A stretch of 64,000 bases of DNA from an uncultured Planctomycetota bacterium (lineage in GTDB: Bacteria; Planctomycetota; Planctomycetia; Gemmatales; Gemmataceae). Both the position numbers and the translations under genes were made by a program. Positions 29,048 to 39,426 of the stretch are shown here, in pieces; position 1 is the stretch's first letter, and every line of letters begins with the position of its first letter. The stretch lies in the NCBI GenBank assembly GCA_963849325.1, contig CAWKHF010000007.1, positions 1 through 64,000 of the forward strand, in the 5' to 3' direction. The notes below the pieces were generated by a model, which saw only the letters and a list, made by a program, of their open reading frames with translations, ran no database searches and was not told the DNA's origin.

Positions 29048-30314
29048 ATGACGAGCCAATCGCGCGAAGTTCCCGAGCACGAGCGACAGACGGTCGAGAT
29101 GCCGCGGCCGAACGTGTGGCCGATGGTCCTCAGCCTGGGGATCGTCCTCATGGCGGCCGGCGTGGCGCTGAACCTCGGTTTTCTCGCGGCCGGCGTGCCG
29201 ATCTTCGTCGCCGGGTTGGCGGGTTGGATCAGCCAACTGCTGCCGGGCGAGGGGCATCACCACGAGCCGATGGTCGAGCCGGCGCGGCGAGCGAAACCCG
29301 TGATCGCGACGACAGGGAAGGTCGAGCAGTTGCACCCCGGCATGGCGGGTTATCGCTTCCAGTTGCCCGAGAAGGTCCATCCCATCTCGGCCGGCGTCAA
29401 GGGCGGCCTGCTCGGCGGATTGGTCATGCCGCTGCCGGCGTTGGCCTACGGCGTGGTCAGCGGTCACGGCATCTGGTATCCGGTCAACCTGCTCGCGGGG
29501 ATGGTGCTGCCGGGCGTCGAGAACATGTCGCTGGAGCGACTTTCACCTGTCGCTCTTTGTCGTCGGAGTGTGCATTCACGCCGTCAATTCCGTGGTCTTC
29601 GGCCTGCTGTACGGCGTGCTTCTGCCGACGCTGCCGGACATCCCTCGGCCGCTGGCCTGGGGCGGACTGCTGATGCCGCTGTTATGGACCGGCGTCAGTT
29701 TCAGCATCATGGGCCTCGTCAATCCGCTGCTCCAGCGCGGCGTGAACTGGCCGTGGTTCATCCTGTCGCAATTCCTCTTCGGCGTGGTCGCCGCCGTCGT
29801 CGTCCTGCGCTGGCAGCGCTCGCGGCCGATCCGCGCCGGGGTACTCGGCGGCATCATCGGCGGCGCGCTGATGCCCGTGCCTGCTGTCCTGTGGAGCCTG
29901 GCGAATGGGCACGGTATCTGGTATCCGGTCAATCTGCTGGCGGGCATGGTCGTGCCGGGAATGGGCCGCTTGCCGATGGAGCAACTGCAAGAGTACAACG
30001 CGGCGTGGATGAGTATAGCGATCCTTATTCACGCTATTATGTCGGTCGGTTTCGGCCTGGTTTACGGTATCCTTCTGCCGAAGCTGCCGACCATGCCCGC
30101 TCCGTTGGCCTGGGGCGGTCTGCTCATGCCGCTGCTGTGGACGGGGGTCGCTTACAGTTTGATGGGGGTGGTCAACAAGGTGCTGCAAGAGCACGTCGAT
30201 TGGCCCTGGTTCATCGTCTCGCAGTTCGTCTTCGGCGTCGTTGCCGCCGTGGTGGTGGTGCGCTCGGAGAAGGTTCCCGTTCCTCCCGCGGGATTCGGAC
30301 CCGCCCTCCGGTGA
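29048..30314 (+). CDS. Polytopic membrane protein: subunit-IV-like N-terminus plus two tandem membrane repeats (frameshift near 29545)
   Basis: EMPRPNVWPMVL N-terminus; GHGIWYPVNLLAGMV...H...LAWGGLLMPLLWTG...WPWFI.SQF.FG occurs twice. Confidence 0.8.
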
Positions 30315-30327
30315 CAAGGTGAGAATC

Positions 30328-31140
30328 ATGGCGAGGGGTCGTCCAAGCCAAAGGTCCCCGTTTAGCCGCGACGCGCAGCGGAGCGCGGGCCTATCCGCGC
30401 TCCGCTGCGCGTCGCGGCTAAACGAAGTTTTTTTTGGACAAGCCCTACTTCTTGTCACCTTGTCCTCTTTAAGCGGCTGCGATTGGCCGGGGAAACCGAG
30501 GCCGGAGGACCGACCCCTTCCCGCGGAGAAGGTCACGGACTTCGGCCAGCTGTACGGCCGGAACTGTGCCGGCTGCCACGGAGCGGATGGCAAGAGGGGA
30601 CCGGCGCCGCCCCTGAACGATCCGATCTTTCTGAGCATCGTCCCCGACGCGGAGCTGCTGCACGTCATCACGGAGGGCCGGGAGGGCACACCCATGCCCG
30701 CGTTCTCCCGCGACAATGGCGGGCCGCTGACGGCCGAGCAAATCCAAGTCCTGGCCGTGGGCATCAAGCCGCGCTGGTCGGCGACGGACAAACCGAAAGG
30801 ACAGCCGCCGGAGTACCGCCCGCCGAAGGAGCGGGACGGCGGCGACAAGAAAGCGGGCCTGGCCGTCTTCGCCCGTGCCTGTGCCGACTGTCACGGCAAT
30901 CACGGCCAGGGCAGTAAAATGGCCGGGGCCATCAACGATCCGTCTTTCCTCGCCCTCATCAGCGACCAGGCGCTGCGACGCTATGCCATCACGGGCCGGC
31001 CGGATTTCGGCATGCCGAACTTTGCCGGCACGGACGGCCGCGATCCCGTCAACTTCAAGCCGCTCACGTCGCGGGAGATCAACGATCTGGTTGCACTGCT
31101 GTCGTATTGGAGAGTCGGCGGATCGATGAACGGCAAATGA
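30328..31140 (+). CDS. Diheme c-type cytochrome lipoprotein
   Basis: Lipobox LSGC; CAGCH...TPMP and CADCH...GMP. Confidence 0.88.
   Translation: MARGRPSQRSPFSRDAQRSAGLSALRCASRLNEVFFGQALLLVTLSSLSGCDWPGKPRPEDRPLPAEKVTDFGQLYGRNCAGCHGADGKRGPAPPLNDPIFLSIVPDAELLHVITEGREGTPMPAFSRDNGGPLTAEQIQVLAVGIKPRWSATDKPKGQPPEYRPPKERDGGDKKAGLAVFARACADCHGNHGQGSKMAGAINDPSFLALISDQALRRYAITGRPDFGMPNFAGTDGRDPVNFKPLTSREINDLVALLSYWRVGGSMNGK
30359..30424. repeat. REP-like palindrome family A, within the cytochrome c 5' coding region
   Basis: CGTTTAGCCGCGACGCGCAGCGGAGCGCGG...CCGCGCTCCGCTGCGCGTCGCGGCTAAACG. Confidence 0.92.
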
Positions 31141-31170
31141 GACGAGGACAGTCCCCCGAGGCAACGAACC

Positions 31171-31741
31171 ATGCCGCACCCACCCAGCCCGACATCCCCG
31201 TCCGCGCCGGAGCGACGGACCTTTTTTCGCTGGCTGACCTACGTCGCTGGTGCCGCAGCCTCCGTGGTCCTGGGCGTTCCGCTCCTCGGCTTCCTGTTCG
31301 GGCCACTGCGGAAGAACCGCATCGAATGGCTGAAACTCGGCCTCGTGAGCGACTTCCCGGAGGGCCAAACACGCTTGATCACTTTCACCAATCCGATTCG
31401 CCAACCGTGGGACGGCATGACCGCCCACACCGGCGTCTTCGTTTGTTACCTGGGCGAAGACGACAAGAAGGAGCCTCAATTTCGCGTCCTGGCCGTCAAC
31501 TGCGCCCACCTCGGTTGTCCGGTGTCCTGGTTCCCGCGGTCGGGCCTATTTCTGTGCCCCTGTCACGGCGGCGTCTACTACGAGAACGGCGAACGCGCCT
31601 CGGGACCGCCGCCGCGCGGCCTGTTTCCTTGCGTCTGGAGGATCGACAATGAGGGGCGGCTGGAAATTCAGAGCGCCGCACTATCCGAGCTTGCAGGACA
31701 CCGTTGAGAAACCCGGCGAACGCCTGACAGCTGCCGGATGA
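31171..31741 (+). CDS. Rieske 2Fe-2S subunit (QcrA/PetA-like)
   Basis: Tat-like ERRTFF plus TM; CAHLGC and CPCHGG; SGPPPRGL; probable frameshift near 31675. Confidence 0.92.
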
Positions 31742-31752
31742 AGGGAACGGCA

Positions 31753-33228
31753 ATGAAGCGGATGTGGACGTGGTTCGATTCGCGCCTGAGCCTCCGCGAA
31801 ACGCTGATGCCGATGCTGCAAGCACCCCATCCCGCGCGGGCGTGCCGGGACCGATGGGCTGGTGGTACGTCTTCGGCAGTGCCTCGCTCACTCTGCTGGT
31901 GGTGCAGATCCTCACCGGCGTCGGTCTCGCCCTGGTGTACGTGCCCAGCGCCGATCAGCGCCTACGACAGTCTGCTGTACCTCAATTTCGAGCAGCCGCT
32001 CGGCTGGTTCCTGCGCGCGCTGCACTACTACGCCGGCTCCGGCATGGTCGTCCTGGTCCTGATCCACATGACGCAGGTGTTCCTGCACGGGGCGTACAAG
32101 TATCCGCGCGAGCTGACGTGGGTGGTGGGCGTCTTTCTGCTGCTGTGTACGCTGGGCATGTTTTTCACCGGCCAGGTGCTGCGCTGGGACCCGGATGCGT
32201 ACTGGGGCCTGGCCGTGGGCGGTTCGATGGCCGGACGAGTGCCGGTGCTCGGGCCGTACCTCGTCCACCTGCTCTCGGCGGCCCCGTCATCGGCGGCGAC
32301 ACGCTGAGCCGGTTCTTCGCCCTGCACGTCTTCCTCATTCCCGGCGCTCTGCTGTTCTTCCTGGTCGTTCATCTCTGGCTGGTGCTCAAGCGCGGCGTCA
32401 GCGAACCGCCGGTGCCGGGGCAGGTGGTCGATCCGCGGACCTACGATGCCCAATACGAGAGAGGAGTTGCAAAACGGCGTGCCCTTCCTCGGCGACGCCG
32501 CTGCTCAGGGACGCGCTGGTCTCGGCCATGGCGGTGATCGTGGTTGTGGTCCTGGCCGCCGTGCTCGGGCCGAAGGGGCCGTCCGGGCCGCCCGACCCGA
32601 CGCTGCAGCGGCGCCAACCCACGGCCGGAGTGGCCTTTCCTGTGGCTGTTCGCCTTGCTCTCGCTCAGCCCGCCGGCGGCGGAGACGTTCATCATGCTGG
32701 TCTTCCCGGTGGTGCTGATCGTGGCCCTGTTCCTGGTGCCGTTCGTGTCGCAGTCGCGGCGAACGCGCCCCCAGCCGCCGGCCGGTTGCCGTGCTCGCCG
32801 TGCTTGTCCTCTTCACCACGCTCGGCGTGCTCACCTACGAGGGCGTGACGGCGCCGTGGTCGCCGGAAATGACCGCCTGGAGCGGCGATCCCGTCCCCGA
32901 AGACCTGTCTGAAAGAGCGGACGCCGCTGCAATTGCAGGGGGCCGCCGTCCTGCAAGTCAAGCAGTGCCGCAACTGTCACGCTCTGGAAGGCAGCGGCGG
33001 ACGGCGCGGTCCCGATCTGACCGGCATCGGCGCGCGGCTGACGCGCGATCAGCTAATCGACCAGATCAGCAACGGCACGCCCGGCGGCGGCAACATGCCG
33101 GCGTTACGGCAAGCAGATGACGCCGGCCGAGATGGACGGCGCTGGTCGATTTCCTGACGACCCTGCGTCCGCCGGACCAGCCCGCCGTCACGCCGGCCAC
33201 CGACATCGCCGGGACCGGGGTGCCATGA
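31753..33228 (+). CDS. Cytochrome b (b plus subunit IV parts) fused to C-terminal cytochrome c (frameshifted)
   Basis: [39 protein letters not shown]...VVHL, RPEWPF, CRNCH...GPDL...NMPA. Confidence 0.9.
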
Positions 33229-35533
33229 GTCCCACCCTCGACGCCTTTCTGCGCTCCTGGCCGTTCGATCCCTGGCTGATGGTCGCTGCTCGTCCTGCCG
33301 GCCGGCGATCTACCTGCGCGGCTGGCTCCGCCTGCGCCGCCGCGATCCGCGGCGCTGGCACGCCGGCCCTCTCGCGGCCTTTCTCGGCGGCCTGGCCGTC
33401 GTCTTCGTGGCCCTGGCCTCGCCGATCGAGCCGTTCGCGGCCCTGCTGCTGCAAGTCCACATGGTCCAGCACCTGCTGCTCATGATGGTCGCGCCGCCGC
33501 TGCTGTGGCTGGGCGCGCCGCTGTTTCCCTTGCTGCGCGGCCTGCCGCAGTCGCTCCGCGTTTTCTGGGCCGCTCCCTTCCTGCGCTCCGTGTCTCTGCG
33601 CCGCGCTTCGGCGCGGTCTGACGCATCCGGTCGCGGCATTGCCCCTCTTCGTCGCCGCGACCTGGCTGTGGCACGTTCCGGCCATCTACGAAGCCGCCCT
33701 GCGCTCGAACGGCTGGCACTACCTGCAACACGCCTGTTTCCTCGTCACGGCCCTGCTGTTCTGGTATCCGGTCGTCCGCCCGTATCCCGGCCGGCCGCGC
33801 TGGTCGCTGTGGCTGCTCTTTCCTTATCTGCTCCTGGCCGACGTGCAGAACACTGCTCTGTCGGCGTTGTTGACGTTCTCGAACCGCGTCCTGTATCCGT
33901 ACTATGCGGAGGTCCCGCGCCTGGGCGGACTCTCCGCGCTGGAGGACCAATCGGCGGCCGGCGTCGTCATGTGGGTGCCCGGTTCGCTTCGTGTTTCTGC
34001 TGCCGCTGTTCGGGATTGGACTTCATCTGCTGCATGGCCCCAGAGCGAGCCAAGAACGAGGTTGCTGCCTTCGAGGGCGCGGCTGCCTCTGCCTCTCGTC
34101 TCTCCCGCCCGGCCACCCGCTACGGCGTCTGGGTTCGATGTCCTGCGGATGCCGCTCGCGGGTCGATTCCTGCGCTGGCGATACGCTCGCTTCGTGATGC
34201 AAGCTGCCGTTGCTGTTTCTGGCGGGGTTGCTAATCTGGGACGGCCTGCGTGGACCGCAGGTCGGCCCCATGAATCTCGCCGGCGTGCTGCCGTGGATTC
34301 ACTGGCGCGGCCTGGTGATCCTGGGTTTGCTGACGACTGGCAACGTCTTTTGCATGGCGTGTCCGTTCCTGCTGCCGCGAACCGCTCGCGCGTCGATGGC
34401 TTCCGGCCGGTCGATCCTGGCCGCGCCCGCTGCGGAGCAAATGGCTGGCGGCGCTGCTCCTGGCTCTGTTCCTCTGGGCCTACGAGGCGTTCTCCCTGTG
34501 GGACAGCCCGTGGTGGACGGCCTGGATCGCGCTGGGCTATTTCGTCGCCGCCTTCGTCATCGACGGTTTTTTCCGTGGCGCGGCGTTCTGCAAATATGTC
34601 TGCCCCATCGGCCAGTTCAACTTCGTGCAGGCGCTGGTTTCGCCGCTGGAGGTAAGGGTCCGCGATCCGCGGGTATGCGCCTCGTGTCGCAGCAAGGATT
34701 GCATCCGTGGACGCGATGGCCTGCCCGGCTGCGAGCTGGGTCTGTTCCAGCCGCGCAAGGCCGGCAACATGGACTGCACCTTCTGCCTCGATTGCGTCCA
34801 CGCCTGCCCTCAGGACAACATCGGCATCCGGGGTCGTCCGTTCGCCTCGGAGCTGTGGCACGATCGTTTCCGTTCCGGCATCGGTCGTTTCGGCCGGCGG
34901 CCGGACCTGGCTGCCCTCGTCCTCATACTGGTGTTCGGCGCCTTCGCCAACGCCGCCGGCATGGTCGGACCCGTGGCGGCATGGGGAGACCGATTCCGTT
35001 CCCTTCTCGGACAGTCCTCATCTTTTTTGATAATCACGCTCTTTTACGTCTTCTGCCTGCTCTTGCTGCCTGGTCTAGCGGTCGGCGTTGCCGCCGCCGT
35101 GAGTCGTCGCTGGGGCGGACTCGCCGCGAGCCGGCTCGGCGTGGCGACGCGCTACTCGTTCGCTCTGGTCCCTCTCGGCTTCGGCATGTGGCTGTCGCAC
35201 TACAGCTTTCATTTCCTGACAAGTTACGACACGGTGCTGCCCGCCGTACAGCGATTCGCCGCCGACCTGGGAGGGACGATCCTTGGCGAACCGGCCTGGA
35301 CCGCCGGCTGTTGCCGAACCGTGGCGGGCTGGCTGCCGCGTCTGGAGATCCTCTTTCTCGACCTGGGACTGCTTCTCTCTCTTTACACCGGCTATCGCCT
35401 GGCCGTGGCGCAGACGCCGCGACTGCCGCAAGCCCTGAAAGTGCTGGCGCCGTGGGCGCTGCTCATGGTCTTGCTGTTCATGGCGGGAGTGTGGATCGTC
35501 CTTCAGCCCATGCAGATGCGCGGTACGCTCTGA
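33225..35533 (+). CDS. caa3-type CtaG assembly domain fused to a membrane 4Fe-4S ferredoxin (NapH/FixG-like) domain (frameshifted)
   Basis: HMVQHLLLMMVAPPLL, WHVPAIY, HYLQH, DQSAAGVVMWVPG; then CMACP, CKYVCP, CASCRSKDC, CTFCLDCVHACP. Confidence 0.8.
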
Positions 35534-35547
35534 AGGGAGAACAGGAC

Positions 35548-36081
35548 ATGGGCCGCGACGGACACGGACTCCTCCGCTTTTTTCTCCTGGCGTTCTGCCT
35601 TACCGGCATTTGCCCCATCGTGCGCGCGGACGGAGGCGCCGTGCGCCGGTCGGAGCAGAAGGGCGGCTATCGGATAACCGTCTTCACCGCGCCAACGCCC
35701 TTGCGCGTCGGCCCGGTGGATGTCAGCGTGTTCGTGCAGGATGTCGCCACGGGAGGGCCGGTCTCGCAGGCGCGGATCACGGTTCGGTTGTATCCGCGCG
35801 ACCGTCCAGCCGAAACTGTCTCTCGTCTGGCCACGGCGGAGGCGGCGACGAACAAGCTCTTCCAGGCGGCCGCATTCAACCTGTCCGAGCCGGGCTGGTG
35901 GGACGGAGAGATCATTATCGAAGGGCTGCCGGAGCCGGTTCGCGTCCGCTTCGAGATGGAGGCGGCCGAACCTCTGCCGACCTCGTTGGAATGGTGGCCC
36001 TGGATTGGCTGGCCGATCCCAGTTATCTTGTTGTTCGGTCTCCATCAATGGCTCGTGCGGCGAAAGGGAGTGCCTCGATGA
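35548..36081 (+). CDS. Exported Ig-like (FixH/YtkA-like) hypothetical protein with C-terminal anchor
   Basis: Signal peptide; ITVFTAPTPLRVGPVDVSVFVQD, GWWDGEI; C-terminal TM. Confidence 0.7.
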   Translation: MGRDGHGLLRFFLLAFCLTGICPIVRADGGAVRRSEQKGGYRITVFTAPTPLRVGPVDVSVFVQDVATGGPVSQARITVRLYPRDRPAETVSRLATAEAATNKLFQAAAFNLSEPGWWDGEIIIEGLPEPVRVRFEMEAAEPLPTSLEWWPWIGWPIPVILLFGLHQWLVRRKGVPR

Positions 36082-38597
36082 GCGCGAAGACCTCCTGCCT
36101 GGGCTGGAGTTTCCCCTTTCTCGTCCTCGTGTACGTTCCGCCGGCCCTGGCCGCTCCGCGCGGCGAGGCCGACCGCGTCCGCTTGACGGCGGACGGCAAG
36201 GCTTTGTTGCCGGTGGTCGTGTCCGGCGAAGCCTCCCAGCGGGTGCGGCAGGCGGCGCGGACGCTGGCGGACTACTTGCAGCGCATCAGCGGCGCAAAGT
36301 TCGAGGTGGTCCGCGGCGACGGCACCTCCGGCATCGCTGTCGGAGTGGCGGCCCACTTTCCGGCCCTGCCTTCGTCCGCGTTGTGGAAGGACAAGAGCGC
36401 CACGCAAAACGAGGACTACCTTCTGCACTCGCACGCCGGCGGACTGCACGTCCTCGGCGCTTCGGAATTGGCCGTCGAACATGCCGTCTGGGACGTGCTC
36501 GATCGGCTCGGCTACCGTCAGTTTTTCCCCGGCGCCACCTGGGAAGTGGTGCCCAGCCGCGCGAACCTCGACCTCGCCGTGGAGGCGCGCGAGCACCCTT
36601 CGTATTCCGCGCGCCGCATCTGGTATGGGAGCGGTCCAGGCAAGTGGGCCGTCCGGCCTTACGCCGAGTGGTGCGCCCGCAACCGCGCGACCTCCGGCAT
36701 TGTGCTCAACACCGGCCACTCCTACGACGGCATCCTCGCGCGTCACAAGGCCGAGTTCGCCAAGCACCCGGAATATCTGGGTCTTCGCAACGGCCAACGC
36801 ACTTCCAGCAAGTTCTGCATCTCCAATCCCGACCTGCGCAAGCTGGTGATCGACGACGCCCTGGCTCAGTTCCAAAAAGACCCCGAGCTGCAAAGCGTCT
36901 CGGTCGATCCCAGCGACGGCGGCGGCTGGTGCGCGTGTGAGAAGTGCAAGGCGATGGGCAGCGTCAGCGACCGGGCCGTCACGCTCGCCAACGCGGTCGC
37001 GGCCGCGGTCGAGGCGAAGTATCCCGGCCAAAAATACGTGGGCATGTACGCCTACAGCGAACATTCGCCTCCGCCGAGCATCCGCGTCCATCCGCGCGTC
37101 ATCATCAGCGTCGCCACCGGGTTCATTCGCGGAGACTACACCGTGGACGACCTGCTCGACGGTTGGCGGCGCCAGGGTGCGACCCTCGGCATCCGCGAAT
37201 ACTACAGCGTACATCCCTGGGACCGCGACCTGCCCGGACGGGCCCGCGGCGCCAACCTCGCCTATTTGAAGACCACCCTGCCCCATTTCCACGACCAGGG
37301 CGCGCGCTTCCTGTCCGCCGAATCGAGCGACAACTGGGGATGCAACGGCCTCGGCTATTACCTGGCCGCACGGATGCTCTGGGACGTGGACGCGGCCAAG
37401 CGGATCGACGCCCTGACGGCCGATTTTCTGGAGAAAGCCTTTGGTCCCGCTCAAGGGCCGATGGCCGAGTTCTATCGGCTCCTCGACGGCGCCAATCGTC
37501 CGCTGCTCAGCGATCACCTGCTTGGCCGGATGTACCGCTTGCTGGCCGAGGCGCGGAAGCGGACGGACGATCCGAAGATCCAGGCCCGCCTCCGCGACCT
37601 GGTCCTTTACACTCGCTACGTCGAATGCTGGCTGGACTACACCGTCGCCGCCGGCCCGCAACGGCAGAAGGCATTCGAGACGATGGTCCGCCACGCCTAC
37701 CGGATTCGATCAACCATGATGATTCACACGCGCGGCCTGGTCCGCGACCTGCCCCGTCGAGACAAGCTCGTCAAGCTGCCCATCGAGGCGGGCGCGAACG
37801 TCCCGGAAAACAAGAATCCCTGGCTGAGCGACGTACCGTTCAGCCGTGAAGAAGTGGATGGCATCGTGTCGGCCGGGATTGCCCAGCGCTCGGTAATCGA
37901 TTTCCAGCCGGTCTCCTTCGGCGACAAGCTGGTGCCGGCGAGCCGATTGAGGCTCCCGCCCGTGAAGACCGGCTCGATGGGGCTTTATAGCCGAGGCGTT
38001 CGGAACTATCACACCTGGATCGAGAGAGCGCCGGCGCGCCTATCGTTGCAAGCGCGGGCGGGCCTGATTTATGGAGATCGGGGAACGGCGAAGGTCGCCC
38101 TTTATCCAGCCGGCCGAACCGAGAGCAAGGCGGTGGACCGAGCCGCCGTCGTGGCCGACAAGCAAGAACACGTCATCGAATTGAAGACGACGTGTACCGG
38201 CCATCATCGCCTGGAGGTGGCGGATCGCGCGGCCGGCACGAGCTTGAACTGGCCGGACGGCGTGCCGATGACGGTGCGCTCCAGCCCGGAAGATCCGGAC
38301 ACGTTTCACGGCACCTGGAGTCTTTACTTTTACGTCCCGAAAGGGACGACGGTCGTGGGCGGATATGCCTCCGGCAGCGGGAGCCTGCTCGACGGCAGTG
38401 GCAAGATTGTGTACACGTTTGCGAAAAAACCCGGCTATTTCCGCGTGCCGGTCGCGCCGGGCGCGGACGGCAAGCTGTGGCAGTTTCAGCGCTGCTCGGG
38501 CCAGCGTCTGCTGATGACGGTGCCGCCGTACCTGGCTCGCAACGAAAAGGAACTGTTGCTGCCTGAGGAAGTGGTGGAAAAAGACGCGGCCCGGTGA
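36078..38597 (+). CDS. DUF4838 domain (glycoside-hydrolase-like) secreted protein
   Basis: AARTLADYLQRISG, LGYRQFFPG, HPEYLGL, KFCISNP, DPSDGGGWCACEKC, YAYSEHSPPP; ATG overlaps the upstream TGA. Confidence 0.85.
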   Translation: MSAKTSCLGWSFPFLVLVYVPPALAAPRGEADRVRLTADGKALLPVVVSGEASQRVRQAARTLADYLQRISGAKFEVVRGDGTSGIAVGVAAHFPALPSSALWKDKSATQNEDYLLHSHAGGLHVLGASELAVEHAVWDVLDRLGYRQFFPGATWEVVPSRANLDLAVEAREHPSYSARRIWYGSGPGKWAVRPYAEWCARNRATSGIVLNTGHSYDGILARHKAEFAKHPEYLGLRNGQRTSSKFCISNPDLRKLVIDDALAQFQKDPELQSVSVDPSDGGGWCACEKCKAMGSVSDRAVTLANAVAAAVEAKYPGQKYVGMYAYSEHSPPPSIRVHPRVIISVATGFIRGDYTVDDLLDGWRRQGATLGIREYYSVHPWDRDLPGRARGANLAYLKTTLPHFHDQGARFLSAESSDNWGCNGLGYYLAARMLWDVDAAKRIDALTADFLEKAFGPAQGPMAEFYRLLDGANRPLLSDHLLGRMYRLLAEARKRTDDPKIQARLRDLVLYTRYVECWLDYTVAAGPQRQKAFETMVRHAYRIRSTMMIHTRGLVRDLPRRDKLVKLPIEAGANVPENKNPWLSDVPFSREEVDGIVSAGIAQRSVIDFQPVSFGDKLVPASRLRLPPVKTGSMGLYSRGVRNYHTWIERAPARLSLQARAGLIYGDRGTAKVALYPAGRTESKAVDRAAVVADKQEHVIELKTTCTGHHRLEVADRAAGTSLNWPDGVPMTVRSSPEDPDTFHGTWSLYFYVPKGTTVVGGYASGSGSLLDGSGKIVYTFAKKPGYFRVPVAPGADGKLWQFQRCSGQRLLMTVPPYLARNEKELLLPEEVVEKDAAR

Positions 38598-38634
38598 AGT
38601 CGGAACGTACTCTTACAACGCGGAAATCGGGACG

Positions 38635-39225
38635 TCACGGCGAAGGAACAAAGGCGCTGCCGGCGCCGGGTGCCGGATGATCCTCGCCGGTGAGCCGGGA
38701 CAGACTGCCCCGAGCGTGGCTGTGGCCTTCCAGGAGCGACTTTTCCGCCGCGCCGCACAGGATGGCGACGGCCTCCTCGTAACGATCGTGTGCGCGAACC
38801 GTCACCAGCGTCCGCCCCGAATGGAACTCGCGTTCGTAGCCGCGCGCCTCCTCTTCAGGAACCTGGAGTCCGATCAAAGCGCCGACGATGCCGCCTCCCG
38901 CCAGGCCCGTGACGGCGCCGCCCAGCGCGCCGGCCATCAGTCCGCCGGCGATCATGGGACCGACTCCCGGTATGACAGCCGTGGCCAGAGCGGCGCCGAC
39001 CAGGCCGCCGACGGCGGCGCCGGCCGTCGCCCCGACCGCCGCCCCTTCTTCCGCCTTCGTATGCAAGCTATGGGGAGGAGGCTCGATACCGGAGGCCGCG
39101 TCGGGGGTGAAGAACCCGATCTGGTCCGGCTTGAACCCCTTATGACGCAGCTCCTCGACCGCGTACTCGGCGTGGCTGCGGTCGTCGAAGACGCCGACGG
39201 CTGTGACCATGTCTTTCTCGTTCAT
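38635..39225 (-). CDS. General stress protein (YflT-like, glycine zipper)
   Basis: VGVFDDRSHAEYAVEEL, IPGVGP, GVPEE-like QVPEEEARGYE, GRTLVTV. Confidence 0.85.
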   Translation of the reverse strand: MNEKDMVTAVGVFDDRSHAEYAVEELRHKGFKPDQIGFFTPDAASGIEPPPHSLHTKAEEGAAVGATAGAAVGGLVGAALATAVIPGVGPMIAGGLMAGALGGAVTGLAGGGIVGALIGLQVPEEEARGYEREFHSGRTLVTVRAHDRYEEAVAILCGAAEKSLLEGHSHARGSLSRLTGEDHPAPGAGSAFVPSP

Positions 39226-39340
39226 GGTACACCTTCTTCTCGTGTGGTGATTGGTCCTTCCGACGTGGGGAGAGATGATGGCTCGGCCCCATTGGGATTT
39301 GTGCAATAATCGCGCCGCAGCGCGATTTTTCTGCATTTCC

Positions 39341-39409
39341 GAGCCTGAAGCGTAAGCGAAGAGCGCGATAACCTTCGGTTGTCGCGCTCTTCGCTTACGC
39401 TTCAGGCTC
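39341..39409. repeat. REP-like palindrome family B, copy 2
   Basis: GAGCCTGAAGCGTAAGCGAAGAGCGCGA...TCGCGCTCTTCGCTTACGCTTCAGGCTC. Confidence 0.9.
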
Positions 39410-39426
39410 CGACAGAAGCTCGTCTG

